From assembly GCA_905479795.1 (NCBI GenBank), contig CAJQNX010000096.1, forward strand, positions 1-39,598: 39,598 nt of DNA, in the 5' to 3' direction. A model generated the notes under the pieces. It was not told the DNA's origin. It was given only the letters and a program-made list of their open reading frames with translations, and did not search any database. Below, in pieces: positions 1 through 10,621 of the stretch. Origin of the DNA: an uncultured Candidatus Midichloriaceae bacterium (lineage in GTDB: Bacteria; Pseudomonadota; Alphaproteobacteria; Rickettsiales; Midichloriaceae). The stretch's first letter is position 1. Every line of letters begins with the position of its first letter. The translations under genes were made by a program, and so were the position numbers.

Positions 1-143
1 TAGGTTGTTTTGGAGCATCAATTAGGAATTTAAAGCTACAAGGAAAAATGTCAGCGATATGAAAAAGTTATTTTCTGGAATTCTGAACAAAGGTTGTAAT
101 AATAAGTTCAGATTTGCAGTTAAGTCAGGGTGAATCAAAGTCT

Positions 144-1745
144 TTAAGCTTCAAAAAATTTGCTATATTTTTTCCTAAAGTCAGTATATTTACCAGAAAA
201 ATCTATAGTTTTACCTTTATGCAAAAAAATAATTCTATCCGCAATTGTAGATATAAAATGTCTATCATGACTTACAAATACAATTGTTCCTTCAAAAGCT
301 TTTAATGAATTAGCTAGTGCGATTCTACTTTCTAAATCTAGATGATTTGTAGGTTCATCAAGTATTAAAGTATTGGCTTCTTCAAGCATAATTTTGGCAA
401 ACAACACCCTTGCAGCTTCACCACCACTTAATACATTAACTAGTTTATCAGCCTGATCTTGTGTGAGTAGCATTTTGGCAAGAGCACCTCTTATAGTGCC
501 AATATTTGATATATTAGTAGCATTCATTAGCCAGTCTATTGCCGAAATACTACCTTTTATTACATCATGGTGGTCTTGTGAAAAATATGAATATTTTGTG
601 TTATATCCCCATTTGACATTTCCATTTGTAGGTGCAATAAGTCCAAGTGCAGTTTTAAGTAAGGTTGATTTCCCTATACCATTTATACCTAAAATAGCCA
701 CTTTTTCACCTCTACTTACCTTGAAGGATAGATCTTGAAATAATTTATTTTCCTTAAAAGATTGTGAAAGCTCTAAAACATCTAATACTTCTTGTCCAGA
801 TTTTACCTTTTGTTTAAATGAAAATTTGGGAGCAATTCTTGTAGTGCGCCTAAGCTCTGGCACATCTATTTTTTGAACTCTTTTTTCTCTTGAAAGAGCT
901 TGCTTAGAGCGTGCCGCAGAGGATCTAAATTTCTCTATAAAAACCCTATCTTTAGCTATTTTCTTTTCTATAGAAGCTTTTTCTCCTTCTTTTTGCTCTG
1001 CTATGCTTTGTTTCTCTTCAATAAAATGATCATAATTACCTGAATATAATGTAATTGTGCTGTAATCTATGTCTAGTATATTATTACATGTTGAATTTAA
1101 AAAATCATGATCATGAGATATCAAGAGTAAAATACCTTTAAATTTTTTTTTCAAAAAATCTTCTAACCATTGTGTTGACAATATATCCAAATGGTTTGTA
1201 GGTTCATCTAATAATAATATATCAGGGTCTGAAAAAAGGCATTGAGCAAGCAAAACTCTAATTTTATACCCACCAGATAATTTTTTAAGGGGTTCTTTAA
1301 AATCTTTTTCTTCAATTCCAAGTCCTTGTAAAATTATCTCAGCGTTTGATTCTGCACTGTAACCATCATTTTCGTATATAACAGATTCTAACTCTGCAAT
1401 TCTATATCCTTCTGCATCAGTAACAGCGCTTTTATTGCTTAAAGTGTTTTGTTCTTCTATTGCGTCCCATAAGACTTTATTGCCTTGAATAACAATGTCA
1501 ACAATCCTGTCATTCTCATATTTAAATTGATCTTGGGATAAAGCGCTAACTTTCAGTAATTTATTAATTACTATATCACCTGAAGTTAATTCTTCTTCAC
1601 CTTGTATTAATTTAACCAGGGTTGATTTCCCTGATCCGTTTGCTCCAATTAGACCATATTTATTGTTTGGCTTCATAGTTAAGCTAACATTATCAAAAAG
1701 TTTTTTACCTCCAAAGTGCATAGAGATATCTTTGCATAAAATCAT
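144..1745 (-). CDS. ABC-F family ATP-binding protein (YbiT-like, ribosome-associated)
   Basis: 533 aa with two ABC ATPase domains (GANGSGKS/LSGG/LLLDEPTNHLD and GINGIGKS/LSGGE/LILDEPTNHLD), a linker between them and no TM segments. Confidence 0.92.
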   Translation of the reverse strand: MILCKDISMHFGGKKLFDNVSLTMKPNNKYGLIGANGSGKSTLVKLIQGEEELTSGDIVINKLLKVSALSQDQFKYENDRIVDIVIQGNKVLWDAIEEQNTLSNKSAVTDAEGYRIAELESVIYENDGYSAESNAEIILQGLGIEEKDFKEPLKKLSGGYKIRVLLAQCLFSDPDILLLDEPTNHLDILSTQWLEDFLKKKFKGILLLISHDHDFLNSTCNNILDIDYSTITLYSGNYDHFIEEKQSIAEQKEGEKASIEKKIAKDRVFIEKFRSSAARSKQALSREKRVQKIDVPELRRTTRIAPKFSFKQKVKSGQEVLDVLELSQSFKENKLFQDLSFKVSRGEKVAILGINGIGKSTLLKTALGLIAPTNGNVKWGYNTKYSYFSQDHHDVIKGSISAIDWLMNATNISNIGTIRGALAKMLLTQDQADKLVNVLSGGEAARVLFAKIMLEEANTLILDEPTNHLDLESRIALANSLKAFEGTIVFVSHDRHFISTIADRIIFLHKGKTIDFSGKYTDFRKKYSKFFEA

Positions 1746-1839
1746 AATGTTGAATTAAATTTATGGTGAACAAACGCTTATAATACAGATTATTTAAATT
1801 ACTTCAATATAGATTTTAACTATCAAAGCAGGAGCTTTA

Positions 1840-2205
1840 AATAAGGAGAGAGAAAAGTAAGTTTTAATTGAAAAGCAAAAGCAAGGAATTAACGATCATA
1901 TACAAAGCTTTGGAATAATGTTTAGTGCGTCTATTAAATCTAGCGAGACAATTGCATATTAATGAGTTCTTAGACTCAACCAAAGATGTCTCTGTTTTAC
2001 TTATAACATGCCTTTTTAAAAACATATGATTTTTATAAACTTCATATACATCTATGCATAATATACTGACATTGCACCTCTTTTCCAACCTTTGAGCCAT
2101 ATTATAATAAACATAAAATCTCTACTCCTACTTATTTCGATATCAAAACTTCTTTTATGTTTCTATCAACAAAAAGCTATACTCACACTCTGGAAGTTTT
2201 TTTGG
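1840..2205 (-). mobile_element. IS1-family transposase (InsB-like) remnant, pseudogenised
   Basis: ORF 1864..2100 contains SKTETSLVESKNSLI..LARFNRRTKHYSK, typical of the InsB C-terminus. Upstream the minus strand reads KKTSRV*V*LFVDRN, where the conserved WxW Trp codons appear as TGA/TAG, followed by a frameshift. Boundaries are approximate and no clear terminal IRs were seen. Confidence 0.8.
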
Positions 2206-2237
2206 TCATAGCTAAATAACTTATCTATTTCTAGTAT

Positions 2238-4139
2238 CTAAACTACTTTTTCGAGAAGAGAGTTCAGCTTATATGCAAAATCACTAGGATTATCTATTGA
2301 ATCACCCTCTATAAGACATGCTTGACCATATATCACTTCAATCATATTGCTGTTTAATTCATCATCATCTTCTTTACTGGATAATGAATTGTTAATTTTT
2401 TTAAATATTGCATGGTTAGGATTAATTTCAAATATTCTAGCTGACTTTGCATTGAGCTGATTTTGCTCCATGAGGAATTTTTCCATTCTCGGATTCATGC
2501 CACCTTCCATTGTTGAAATACAAGCTGGGCTACTTACAAGTTTTGAAGATATCACTACCTCTTTAATTCTATCCTTCAATACTTTTCTAACAAACTCTAT
2601 TAATTTAGAATTTTCTTCAGATTCATTTGCATTATCATTTTCTTCTTCATTTTCCTTTTTCATATTTTTTAACTTATTTAAATCTATTTTTTCATTTGTA
2701 ATAGATTTAAAGTTTTTATCCTTATACTGATGCACTACATTGATCCAAAAATTATCAACGTGATCGCAAAGAAGTAGAACTTCAATACCTCTTTTTTTGA
2801 AACCTTCTAATTGAGGATGATTTTTTAAAGCATCAATATTATCTCCATTTAAGAAGTATATTTCGTCTTGCCCTTCAATCATTCCACCTAGATATTGATC
2901 AAGGCTAATAAGCTCATCCACAGATGATGTAGAGTTAAATCTACAGATTTCTAATAACTGCTTTTTTTCTTCAAGTGTACTTTCGCATAGACCTTCCTTC
3001 AAGACTTCACTAAAATTTTTCCAAAATTTCATATATTCTTTTGGATCAGTTTCTGCTTTTGTTTTTAAAGTTCCTAATACTTTTTTAACTATTAAGCTTC
3101 TAATTTTTTGTATAACTTTATTATGTTGTAAAGTTTCTCTACTAATATTTAGAGGTAAATCTTCTGAATCAACCACCCCTCTTAAAAATCTTAAATAAGA
3201 TGGAATCAAGTCGTTCCCTTCTTCAGATATAAAAACCCTCTTTATATATAATTTTACTCTTGTTTTTCTATCTGGATGAAATAAGTCAAATGGCTTTGTA
3301 TCAGGTATAAATAGTAGGTTAGTGTATTCTATTACTCCTTCAGCTTTATTATGCAACGTTAACCATGGCTTTCCAGGAAAATGTGAAACATGATTGAAAA
3401 ATTCTTCATATTCTTTTTGCGTAACCTCAGAAGCGCTCCTTGTCCAAATTGCAGAAGCTTTATTTATTATTTCACTTTTATTATCACCGTCAATTAATTC
3501 TATAGGAAAAGCCACATGATCTGAATACGTCCTAATAATATGCTTAATTCTATGCGATTCCAAAAACTCTGATTCTGAATCCTTCAGCTTTAATGTTATT
3601 TTAGTCCCTCTCTTCAATTCTTGCGTGGAATTTTCAATAGAGTACTCACCTTTACCATCAGAACACCACTCATATACTTCTTTTTCTCCTGCTTTTGACG
3701 TAATTACAGTGATTGATTCAGAAACCATAAAAGCAGAGTAAAATCCCACCCCAAATTGACCAATTAAATTTAGATTATTATTTTTATTGCTACTAAATTG
3801 CTCAATAAATTTTTGTGTTCCAGAGCTTGCTATTGTGCCTAAATTATGAATTAAATCCTCTTTATTCATTCCTATTCCATTATCAGAGATGGTAATAAGT
3901 TTGTTGGTTATATCAATTAAAATATTGATTTTAAACTCATCATTGTCTTCACCAAGAAGCTCAGGTTTATCTATAACCTGATATCTTAATTTATCACATG
4001 CATCTGAGGCATTAGAAATTAACTCCCTTAAAAAAATCTCTTTATTTGTATATAAAGAGTTAATCATAAGATTTAGCACTTTGCCTATCTCAGCATCGAA
4101 TTTTTTGACTTGTTTATTTGACTTTACCATTTGCGACAA
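2238..4139 (-). CDS. htpG: Molecular chaperone HtpG (Hsp90)
   Basis: Motifs YTNKEIFLRELISNASDA, DNGIGM, IGQFGVGFYSAF and DSEDLPLNISRETLQ. The real start is probably the ATG at 4130. Confidence 0.98.
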   Translation of the reverse strand: MSQMVKSNKQVKKFDAEIGKVLNLMINSLYTNKEIFLRELISNASDACDKLRYQVIDKPELLGEDNDEFKINILIDITNKLITISDNGIGMNKEDLIHNLGTIASSGTQKFIEQFSSNKNNNLNLIGQFGVGFYSAFMVSESITVITSKAGEKEVYEWCSDGKGEYSIENSTQELKRGTKITLKLKDSESEFLESHRIKHIIRTYSDHVAFPIELIDGDNKSEIINKASAIWTRSASEVTQKEYEEFFNHVSHFPGKPWLTLHNKAEGVIEYTNLLFIPDTKPFDLFHPDRKTRVKLYIKRVFISEEGNDLIPSYLRFLRGVVDSEDLPLNISRETLQHNKVIQKIRSLIVKKVLGTLKTKAETDPKEYMKFWKNFSEVLKEGLCESTLEEKKQLLEICRFNSTSSVDELISLDQYLGGMIEGQDEIYFLNGDNIDALKNHPQLEGFKKRGIEVLLLCDHVDNFWINVVHQYKDKNFKSITNEKIDLNKLKNMKKENEEENDNANESEENSKLIEFVRKVLKDRIKEVVISSKLVSSPACISTMEGGMNPRMEKFLMEQNQLNAKSARIFEINPNHAIFKKINNSLSSKEDDDELNSNMIEVIYGQACLIEGDSIDNPSDFAYKLNSLLEKVV

Positions 4140-4213
4140 TAATAACTTTTAATTACTATATAATTAGAAAATTTTTAAAATCAACATTATGACATGATAA
4201 AATTAAATAAATT

Positions 4214-5566
4214 TTATGCAATAGTCATATTTTTACCGGAACCTTTAGCTTTATATAGCTTTTTATCCGCCCTATCAATAGCATTAGCTAGAGTATCATC
4301 TTTTCGAATTTCATCAATTCCTACGCTTATAGTGCATTTTATCTTATTACTTTCTGAGTAATCTAAAAATTCTGCATCAAAAACTTTTTGTCGTAGTTTG
4401 TCTAAAACTAACTTTGCTTCATCTTTTGTTATGTCATGAAGAATTATAATAAACTCTTCTCCACCAATTCTAGCTATAAAATCTGAGCTTCGGATATTCA
4501 TTAAGAAAATATTTGCTATTGATTTTAACGCTTTATCTCCAGTTGTGTGGCCATAAATATCATTTAATCTTTTAAAGTCGTCAATATCAATTATAGATAT
4601 GATTGAATCCCTTTGTTCTTTTTCAAAATTAAATATGAGATTTTTGAAATATGCCTCCAGATAATTTCTATTATAGGTTTGTGTTAACTCATCAATAGTA
4701 GCATTCTTTAAATAATGTGCCCTCAGATTTTCAATGAAATGATATTTTTTTATTTGTAACACTGCTTTTGCTACTAGTTCGCTTGTTTCTCTTGGGATAA
4801 GAAAATAATCATTAATACCTATTTCCAAACTTTTCATTAGTGTATCTTCATCATATTCATCCACTAATACTAATATAGGAATACTCTTTAATTTAGTATT
4901 ATTTCTAATTTTTACACATAAATCTATTGCATTTACATCAGTGATTTCAGTATTAAGTATAATCAAGCTATAGTTATCACTTAAGCAATGTGAAATTGCT
5001 TTTTTTGAATCTTTGCAGACATCTATAATGAGATTCTTTCTCTTTAATTTACTAGATATTGAATTTATCAAGTCAGCATCATCATCTATAATTAACACCT
5101 TTGAGCCATTTATATCAACGCCTAGCAGGCCACCATTAGGAACGGCGCTTAACTCATTATTGATCCCTGCTCTCAAAATTATTTCATCTGCAAGGGCTTT
5201 TAGTCGTAATAATGATTTAACCCTTTTTTTTAATAACAAATAATTAATGGGCTTATTCATGTAATCATCTGCTCCACAAAACAAACTATTAACTCTATCG
5301 TCAACTGAAGTTAGTGCAGTTATGATTATAATTGGAATATGCGATATTTCTGGTGTTTTTTTTATGGTTTTTGTAGCGCTAAAACCATCCATGATTGGCA
5401 TCATGAAATCCATTAAAATAAGATCAGGTTTGATACTTAAAGTCTTAGATAGAGCTTCTTGACCATTATAAGCTCTATGAATTTCATATAAATCGTTTTG
5501 TAAATGTTCTTCTAATAAGTCGATGTTGAATTTTAGATCATCAACAATTAGTATCTTCGCTGTCAT
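4214..5566 (-). CDS. pleD: PleD-family response regulator / diguanylate cyclase (REC-REC'-GGDEF)
   Basis: N-terminal receiver (ILIVDD...DLILMD.MMP.MDG), a degenerate second receiver, and a C-terminal GGEEF active site preceded by an RSSD I-site. Confidence 0.9.
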   Translation of the reverse strand: MTAKILIVDDLKFNIDLLEEHLQNDLYEIHRAYNGQEALSKTLSIKPDLILMDFMMPIMDGFSATKTIKKTPEISHIPIIIITALTSVDDRVNSLFCGADDYMNKPINYLLLKKRVKSLLRLKALADEIILRAGINNELSAVPNGGLLGVDINGSKVLIIDDDADLINSISSKLKRKNLIIDVCKDSKKAISHCLSDNYSLIILNTEITDVNAIDLCVKIRNNTKLKSIPILVLVDEYDEDTLMKSLEIGINDYFLIPRETSELVAKAVLQIKKYHFIENLRAHYLKNATIDELTQTYNRNYLEAYFKNLIFNFEKEQRDSIISIIDIDDFKRLNDIYGHTTGDKALKSIANIFLMNIRSSDFIARIGGEEFIIILHDITKDEAKLVLDKLRQKVFDAEFLDYSESNKIKCTISVGIDEIRKDDTLANAIDRADKKLYKAKGSGKNMTIA

Positions 5567-5654
5567 CAGTTTTGATTAAATAAATTAAATCTATATTCAG
5601 TGATTAACTATTTAAGCTTAACTTGTGACTTGCAGTCAATATTTTTTTGTTTTT

Positions 5655-7001
5655 TTATACGATAAAAGGATTTTTACTAAAAATAAAGTGGGTTTTTATT
5701 GGTATTCCATGCAATGAAAATTTTGCTCTTAAAGAATTAGTTAAAAACTTTTCAAAATTTTTATTGATTTCTACTTTAATTGAAAGATTTATAAAAAACA
5801 CAAAGGTTGGTGGACAGGATGAATTCTGTTTTACATACTTAATTTTAAGTTTTATGTTATTTTTCATTATTGGCAGACTATATGTCGCAAGGGTGTCATT
5901 TAACCAATTATTAAGCTTTGATGTGGGGATTTTTATATTATATAGATTCCACAAATTGATGATCTTTTTAAATAAAGATTTATGATTAAAATTTTCTTGC
6001 GCGCTGATAAAAATAGTTGAAATATCTTTAATTTGAGATAACCGCTTTGTTGTTAAATACTTAACTTCTTCTTTAAATTTATCAATATCTTCAATTAAAT
6101 CTTGTTTATTAATAATAGGAACCAGTAATTTATTGTATCTTAGGGCTAAGTTAGCAAGTATTAAATCCTGTTTTTCAAATGCATTCTCTGAATCCATAAG
6201 CAATAAAACGACATCAGATGCTTTGATTGCCTCAACTGTTTTGGTTATTGATAATTCTTCTATTTTTTCTTGTACTTTAGATTTCCTTCTAACACCCGCT
6301 GTATCAATTAAATTGATTGTAACTCCATTAGTGTTAATTTCGTAAAGCAAATAATCTCTTGTTGTTCCTGCAATATCAGAAACTAGACTTCTTTCAAATC
6401 CCAATATTGAATTAAACAATGTTGATTTACCAACATTTGGTCTGCCAATTATAGCAATTGATAAATTACCTGCATCTTCTTCAACTAACTCAGGTTCAGA
6501 CTGTATATCAAGTTTTATTACTTGATATATATCCTCAAACCCTAATTTATGCTCAGCTGAAATAAAAATTCCTTCTCCTAATCCTAGTTTTCTTAAATCA
6601 GCTTCCGTTAATGTTTTTTTTGATTCAGATTTATTAGCTAATAAAACGGTATTTTTTTGAAGTTTTCGTATCGATTTAGCTAAAATGATATCCTCTTCGG
6701 ATAGCACCGTTCTTGCGTCAACAACGAAAAAAATTAAATCCGCTTCCTCAATGGTAAGCGATGTATTTGTTTTGATTTTAGGAGTTATTTCATTTTTCTT
6801 TTTTAAATACCATCCAGCAGTATCTATTAACTCAAATTTTAAATCATATAATTTCCCGATATGCTTAACATAATCTCGCGTTACACCAGGCTGATTGTTA
6901 ACAATTGATAATTCTTTTTGGCATAATTTATTGAATAACGTTGATTTACCAACATTTTCCCTTCCTATAATTGCAATTTTTTTCACAATGCTGTTCTTCA
7001 A
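5655..7001 (-). CDS. der: Ribosome biogenesis GTPase Der (EngA)
   Basis: Tandem GTPase domains GRENVGKS/DTAG/NKSE and GRPNVGKS/DTAG/NKQD, plus a KH-like C-terminus (PPTFVFF). The TTG start overlaps the upstream gene's stop (TTGA). Confidence 0.97.
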   Translation of the reverse strand: MKNSIVKKIAIIGRENVGKSTLFNKLCQKELSIVNNQPGVTRDYVKHIGKLYDLKFELIDTAGWYLKKKNEITPKIKTNTSLTIEEADLIFFVVDARTVLSEEDIILAKSIRKLQKNTVLLANKSESKKTLTEADLRKLGLGEGIFISAEHKLGFEDIYQVIKLDIQSEPELVEEDAGNLSIAIIGRPNVGKSTLFNSILGFERSLVSDIAGTTRDYLLYEINTNGVTINLIDTAGVRRKSKVQEKIEELSITKTVEAIKASDVVLLLMDSENAFEKQDLILANLALRYNKLLVPIINKQDLIEDIDKFKEEVKYLTTKRLSQIKDISTIFISAQENFNHKSLFKKIINLWNLYNIKIPTSKLNNWLNDTLATYSLPIMKNNIKLKIKYVKQNSSCPPTFVFFINLSIKVEINKNFEKFLTNSLRAKFSLHGIPIKTHFIFSKNPFIV

Positions 7002-7564
7002 AAACTTTCTTCTCTTACAACGAAGTCATAGCTTCGCATTCTTTCAATCTCTAATACATCTCCAGCCGCTTTAATGACAGATACTATTCTGCTAATATCA
7101 CGAATTGTTTCAGATGAACAATTGTGTTTTCTTAATTTTCCAATGTGGACATTCATACAGTAGTTACATCCATTTATTATAGAAGCCACGAGACAGTACA
7201 TTGAGAAGTCTTTTTCATCAATGTTATGGCTAGTTAAATTACTCAGGGATAAATGTGATGACATTTTTTTAATTTTTTCATCATCTATGTTTTGGGTAAA
7301 ATTATGATACATACTAGTCATAGAAATCGTACTTACTGCAATTTTACAAGCATTAGCTTCATTGTTATCTAAGTACCTTTTAGCTTCAGGACGTATATAA
7401 TTCAGTAAGCATTCATGCTTCAGCGCATATCCAGCAGTAAGGACTATGCCAAAAATTTGATATTTTTCTAAAGTTTGTAAATCTTGAAAAAAAATCTCTC
7501 TTATGCTTTTATCAATATCGTACGCATATTGAGGGAGCTGATTTAGTATACTTTGAATACTCAT
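6998..7564 (-). CDS. ahpD: AhpD-like alkylhydroperoxidase / carboxymuconolactone decarboxylase family protein
   Basis: N-terminus MSIQSILNQLPQYAYDI resembles AhpD 'LPxYAKD', and ASIINGCNYCMNVH carries the CxxC-x3-H motif. ATG at 7564 is preferred over GTG at 7597. Confidence 0.75.
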   Translation of the reverse strand: MSIQSILNQLPQYAYDIDKSIREIFFQDLQTLEKYQIFGIVLTAGYALKHECLLNYIRPEAKRYLDNNEANACKIAVSTISMTSMYHNFTQNIDDEKIKKMSSHLSLSNLTSHNIDEKDFSMYCLVASIINGCNYCMNVHIGKLRKHNCSSETIRDISRIVSVIKAAGDVLEIERMRSYDFVVREESF

Positions 7565-7829
7565 ATGTCTGTTGGTCCCAAATATAGAATTTAACACTAA
7601 TATATCATAATTTTCACCAGTTTACCAAAAAATAGTTTAGAAAAGGAAAATATTTTAAACTTCTGCTCCGGTTGCAGCTGAAATTAGCGGCTCTGCTGCA
7701 TCTGCAATTGGTCTGCAAATGTTAAAAAGCCCTTTTTATTCTTAATATTATGCTACAATTTCGATTTAATGAAGGTATTTGTTGAAATGGTGCTGAATAA
7801 TATTAAAAATATAAAAAAATAGAATGGCG

Positions 7830-9172
7830 ATTTATACAGTCAAATAGGCTATTTTGAGCCGGCAATACTTCCAATTACTCTTTCTATAATAGGATATACA
7901 GTAGCAGGAATGCCAGGAATTATTGCTTCTTATGGATATTATGAAAAGCATTATGTAACATCAGGCCTACTTGGATTCACTATAAAGTCACAATTTTCAA
8001 ATGAATTATATACAACTGGTTCAGTAGCTGGATTTGTTGGAGGTATCTTATCTACATCTGGTAAATTAGATGGGCACAGGGAGCATTTCATTGCACCTAT
8101 GGCGGGCGCAATTTCAGGATATAAATATTCAAGCTATTGTGAGGCCAAGGCTGACTTCATTATTGGTGCAGTAGACGAATTATGTGTTTCTGCAGGAATT
8201 TACACTCAACATTATCTTACTCAGATTATGATTGGAGAATTGTTTGTCCAATCAGCACTTCCAAAGGTTAGTGCGTTAATAAGTAAATTTACAAATCTTC
8301 TCCACACCACAACTAATTTAATGCTTAATATTGAAAAAGTGCCGTTTTTACCAAAGGCAGTAGAAATTGCTGTTATATCTTATTTTGTTAAACAAGATGA
8401 CCCAATTATAAGTTTTATTAATAGTACAAAATTTATTAATGATTCATATCATTAAATCGCCAAAATTATAGATCAAAAAGATTTGGATCAAATACTGTAA
8501 AAACAAATTCTATTTTCAATTTCAACCCAAATTATTTCTCAATCTATATCATTAAAGTTAGTGGATACAGGAAAAGATATAATGCACTGCGTTGAAACAA
8601 TGGATCAAATTCATAATATGGCAACCATTATGAATGACTTTAAGGATTTTATGACAACTTATATTGGATTCTTATCTATTATGACGCTTGAGTTACTACC
8701 TAATTCAGTGTTTAGTAGCTATTTTTCATCAAAAATTAATTATAAAATTAGTGATAACTTACGTAGTTACACTCTCAATAAAGAATTATTACCTAGATTA
8801 TTAAGTGATGCTGATGATATTATAGAGAGGCAGATAATGTGCAAATTGAATTTAAAGATCTAAAAATAATAGGTGATAGCGGATTATTATTCGACATTAA
8901 TCATCTAACCCTATCTAAGGGTGTATATGCTATAACCGGCGCGTCCGGTAGTGGGGAAAGTAGGCTGTTACTTAAGATAAAAGAGTTGAAAACCTCGTCA
9001 AGCGCTGAAGGAAACTCATTTTCCAGATGCTATAATTCTAGTAATCGATCACAATGCTGAGGATAATAATGTTACGGGATTTTATGACACTGAGCTCCAT
9101 CTAGAAAATGCAAGCATTACCTGTAAATCATTGTCAGAAGATGTATCATATATATGCGAGCAATATCCATAA
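7830..9172 (+). pseudogene. Fragmented membrane protein / ABC transporter-type gene
   Basis: Successive broken ORFs (7910..8455, 8561..8863, 8839..9060). A Walker A remnant YAITGASGSGES (K>E) is followed almost immediately, in another frame, by an H-loop-like C-terminus QALKETHFPDAIILVIDHNA...FYDTELHLEN...YP* ending at 9172, so the middle of the NBD is missing. Confidence 0.65.
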
Positions 9173-9209
9173 TAATTACAAATAAAAATCATTACTTCCC
9201 AACCAATTT

Positions 9210-10412
9210 CTACGATTCACTAATTGAATTTGGCAATGCTTTAGTTTTTTCAAATTTTGAGAGCATTGGCAATATTATCAAGAAATGTGCAAAATACCAT
9301 ACCGTAGAGATTTGGCTAAATGTAATGTATGGTTCTTCAGCAACCTCACCCCCCAAATAACCAAGTATAATAAAGTTAACAAAAAACAGGTATGTAAAAA
9401 TCCTAAACAAAGGTCTGTATTTAGCACTTTTAACCTTACAATTGTCGAGCCACGGAAGCACAAAAAGTATTAAAATAGCACTAAACATAGCAAGTACTCC
9501 AGCAAGTTTATCCGGAATTGATCTTAAAACTGCATAAAAAGGAAGAAAATACCATTCAGGAACAATGTGTGCAGGGGTAACTAAAGGGTTTGCTTCAATA
9601 TAATTATCAGGATGACCTAGTAAATTAGGTTTAAAAAACACAAAATAAAAATAAATCATGAAAAATATGCCAAATCCGAAAAAATCTTTTACTGTATAAT
9701 AAGGGTGAAATGGAATAGAATCTTTTTTTGATTTAATTTCTATACCAGTTGGGTTATTAGAGCCATGCACATGAAGTGCAACAACGTGAATTATCACTAA
9801 CCCCAAAATTACAAATGGTAGCAAAAAATGTAACGCAAAAAATCTATTAAGCGTTGGGTTATCTACTGAAAATCCTCCCCATAGCCAAACCACAATATCA
9901 TCGCCAATAAAAGGTACCGCTGAAAAAAGGTTAGTTATTACATTTGCTCCCCAATAACTCATCTGCCCCCATGGCAAAACATATCCCATAAAGGCAGTAG
10001 CCATTGTTGCCACAAACAGAAAAATTCCAAAAAACCAAACTAATTCTCGCGGAGATTTATATGAGCCATAATAGAGCCCTCTACCAATATGAATATATAT
10101 CGTTGCAAAAAACATAGAAGCTCCAACAGCATGAGTATACCGGATCAACCATCCGTAATTCACATTTCTCATAATATTTTCCACACTATCAAATGCCATC
10201 TTTACATGTGGGGTATATTGCATAGCAAGAAATAGCCCCGTTATAATTTGCATCAACAATGCAATTCCCGCCATAGAGCCAAAATTCCAAGCATAATTCA
10301 AATTTTTAGGAACCCTGTAGTCTGCCGAATGCTTAATAAAACTGAATATTGGCAATCTGTATTCTATCCAATTGACAACAGAATCTGTTACACTTATACC
10401 TTTTTTTCTCAT
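9210..10412 (-). CDS. petB: Cytochrome b (bc1 complex)
   Basis: Four heme-ligand His (RYTHA, YIHIGRG, ALHFLL, IIHVV), PEWY motif and [13 protein letters not shown] at 10412 (alternative GTG at 10415). Confidence 0.98.
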   Translation of the reverse strand: MRKKGISVTDSVVNWIEYRLPIFSFIKHSADYRVPKNLNYAWNFGSMAGIALLMQIITGLFLAMQYTPHVKMAFDSVENIMRNVNYGWLIRYTHAVGASMFFATIYIHIGRGLYYGSYKSPRELVWFFGIFLFVATMATAFMGYVLPWGQMSYWGANVITNLFSAVPFIGDDIVVWLWGGFSVDNPTLNRFFALHFLLPFVILGLVIIHVVALHVHGSNNPTGIEIKSKKDSIPFHPYYTVKDFFGFGIFFMIYFYFVFFKPNLLGHPDNYIEANPLVTPAHIVPEWYFLPFYAVLRSIPDKLAGVLAMFSAILILFVLPWLDNCKVKSAKYRPLFRIFTYLFFVNFIILGYLGGEVAEEPYITFSQISTVWYFAHFLIILPMLSKFEKTKALPNSISES

Positions 10413-10567
10413 CACTTATGCGGATCAATAAAAATTAGAAAAAATAAAATTACAACTATTATTTAGCTTATCTAGATCTATTCATCAATCTTTTTTTTAC
10501 CATATTACAAAAAGCAATAAAAAGAATAAGAATGCAGCATTGAGACGTAGGACAACCCCTTAAGAAT

Positions 10568-10601
10568 AGGAGTTTTGCAGAAAACATATTGCAAAATGCC
10601 T
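10568..10601. terminator. Imperfect inverted repeat, possible terminator of the deacetylase-like gene
   Basis: aggagTTTTGCA-gaaaacatat-TGCAAAAtgcct, lying just downstream of the minus-strand stop at 10622. Confidence 0.3.
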
Positions 10602-10621
10602 GACTTGATAATAAGAATATC

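Noticed and set aside
1-62. Possible 3' end of a + strand gene (GCFGASIRNLKLQGKMSAI*)
   Set aside because: Too short to identify; no recognisable motif.
4140-4213. Sigma32 promoter or CIRCE element upstream of htpG
   Set aside because: Only a weak TTGA...TTATAT match and no CIRCE inverted repeat.
5570-5650. CtrA boxes upstream of pleD
   Set aside because: Several TTAA half-sites are present, but none with the TTAA-N7-TTAA spacing; expected by chance in AT-rich DNA.
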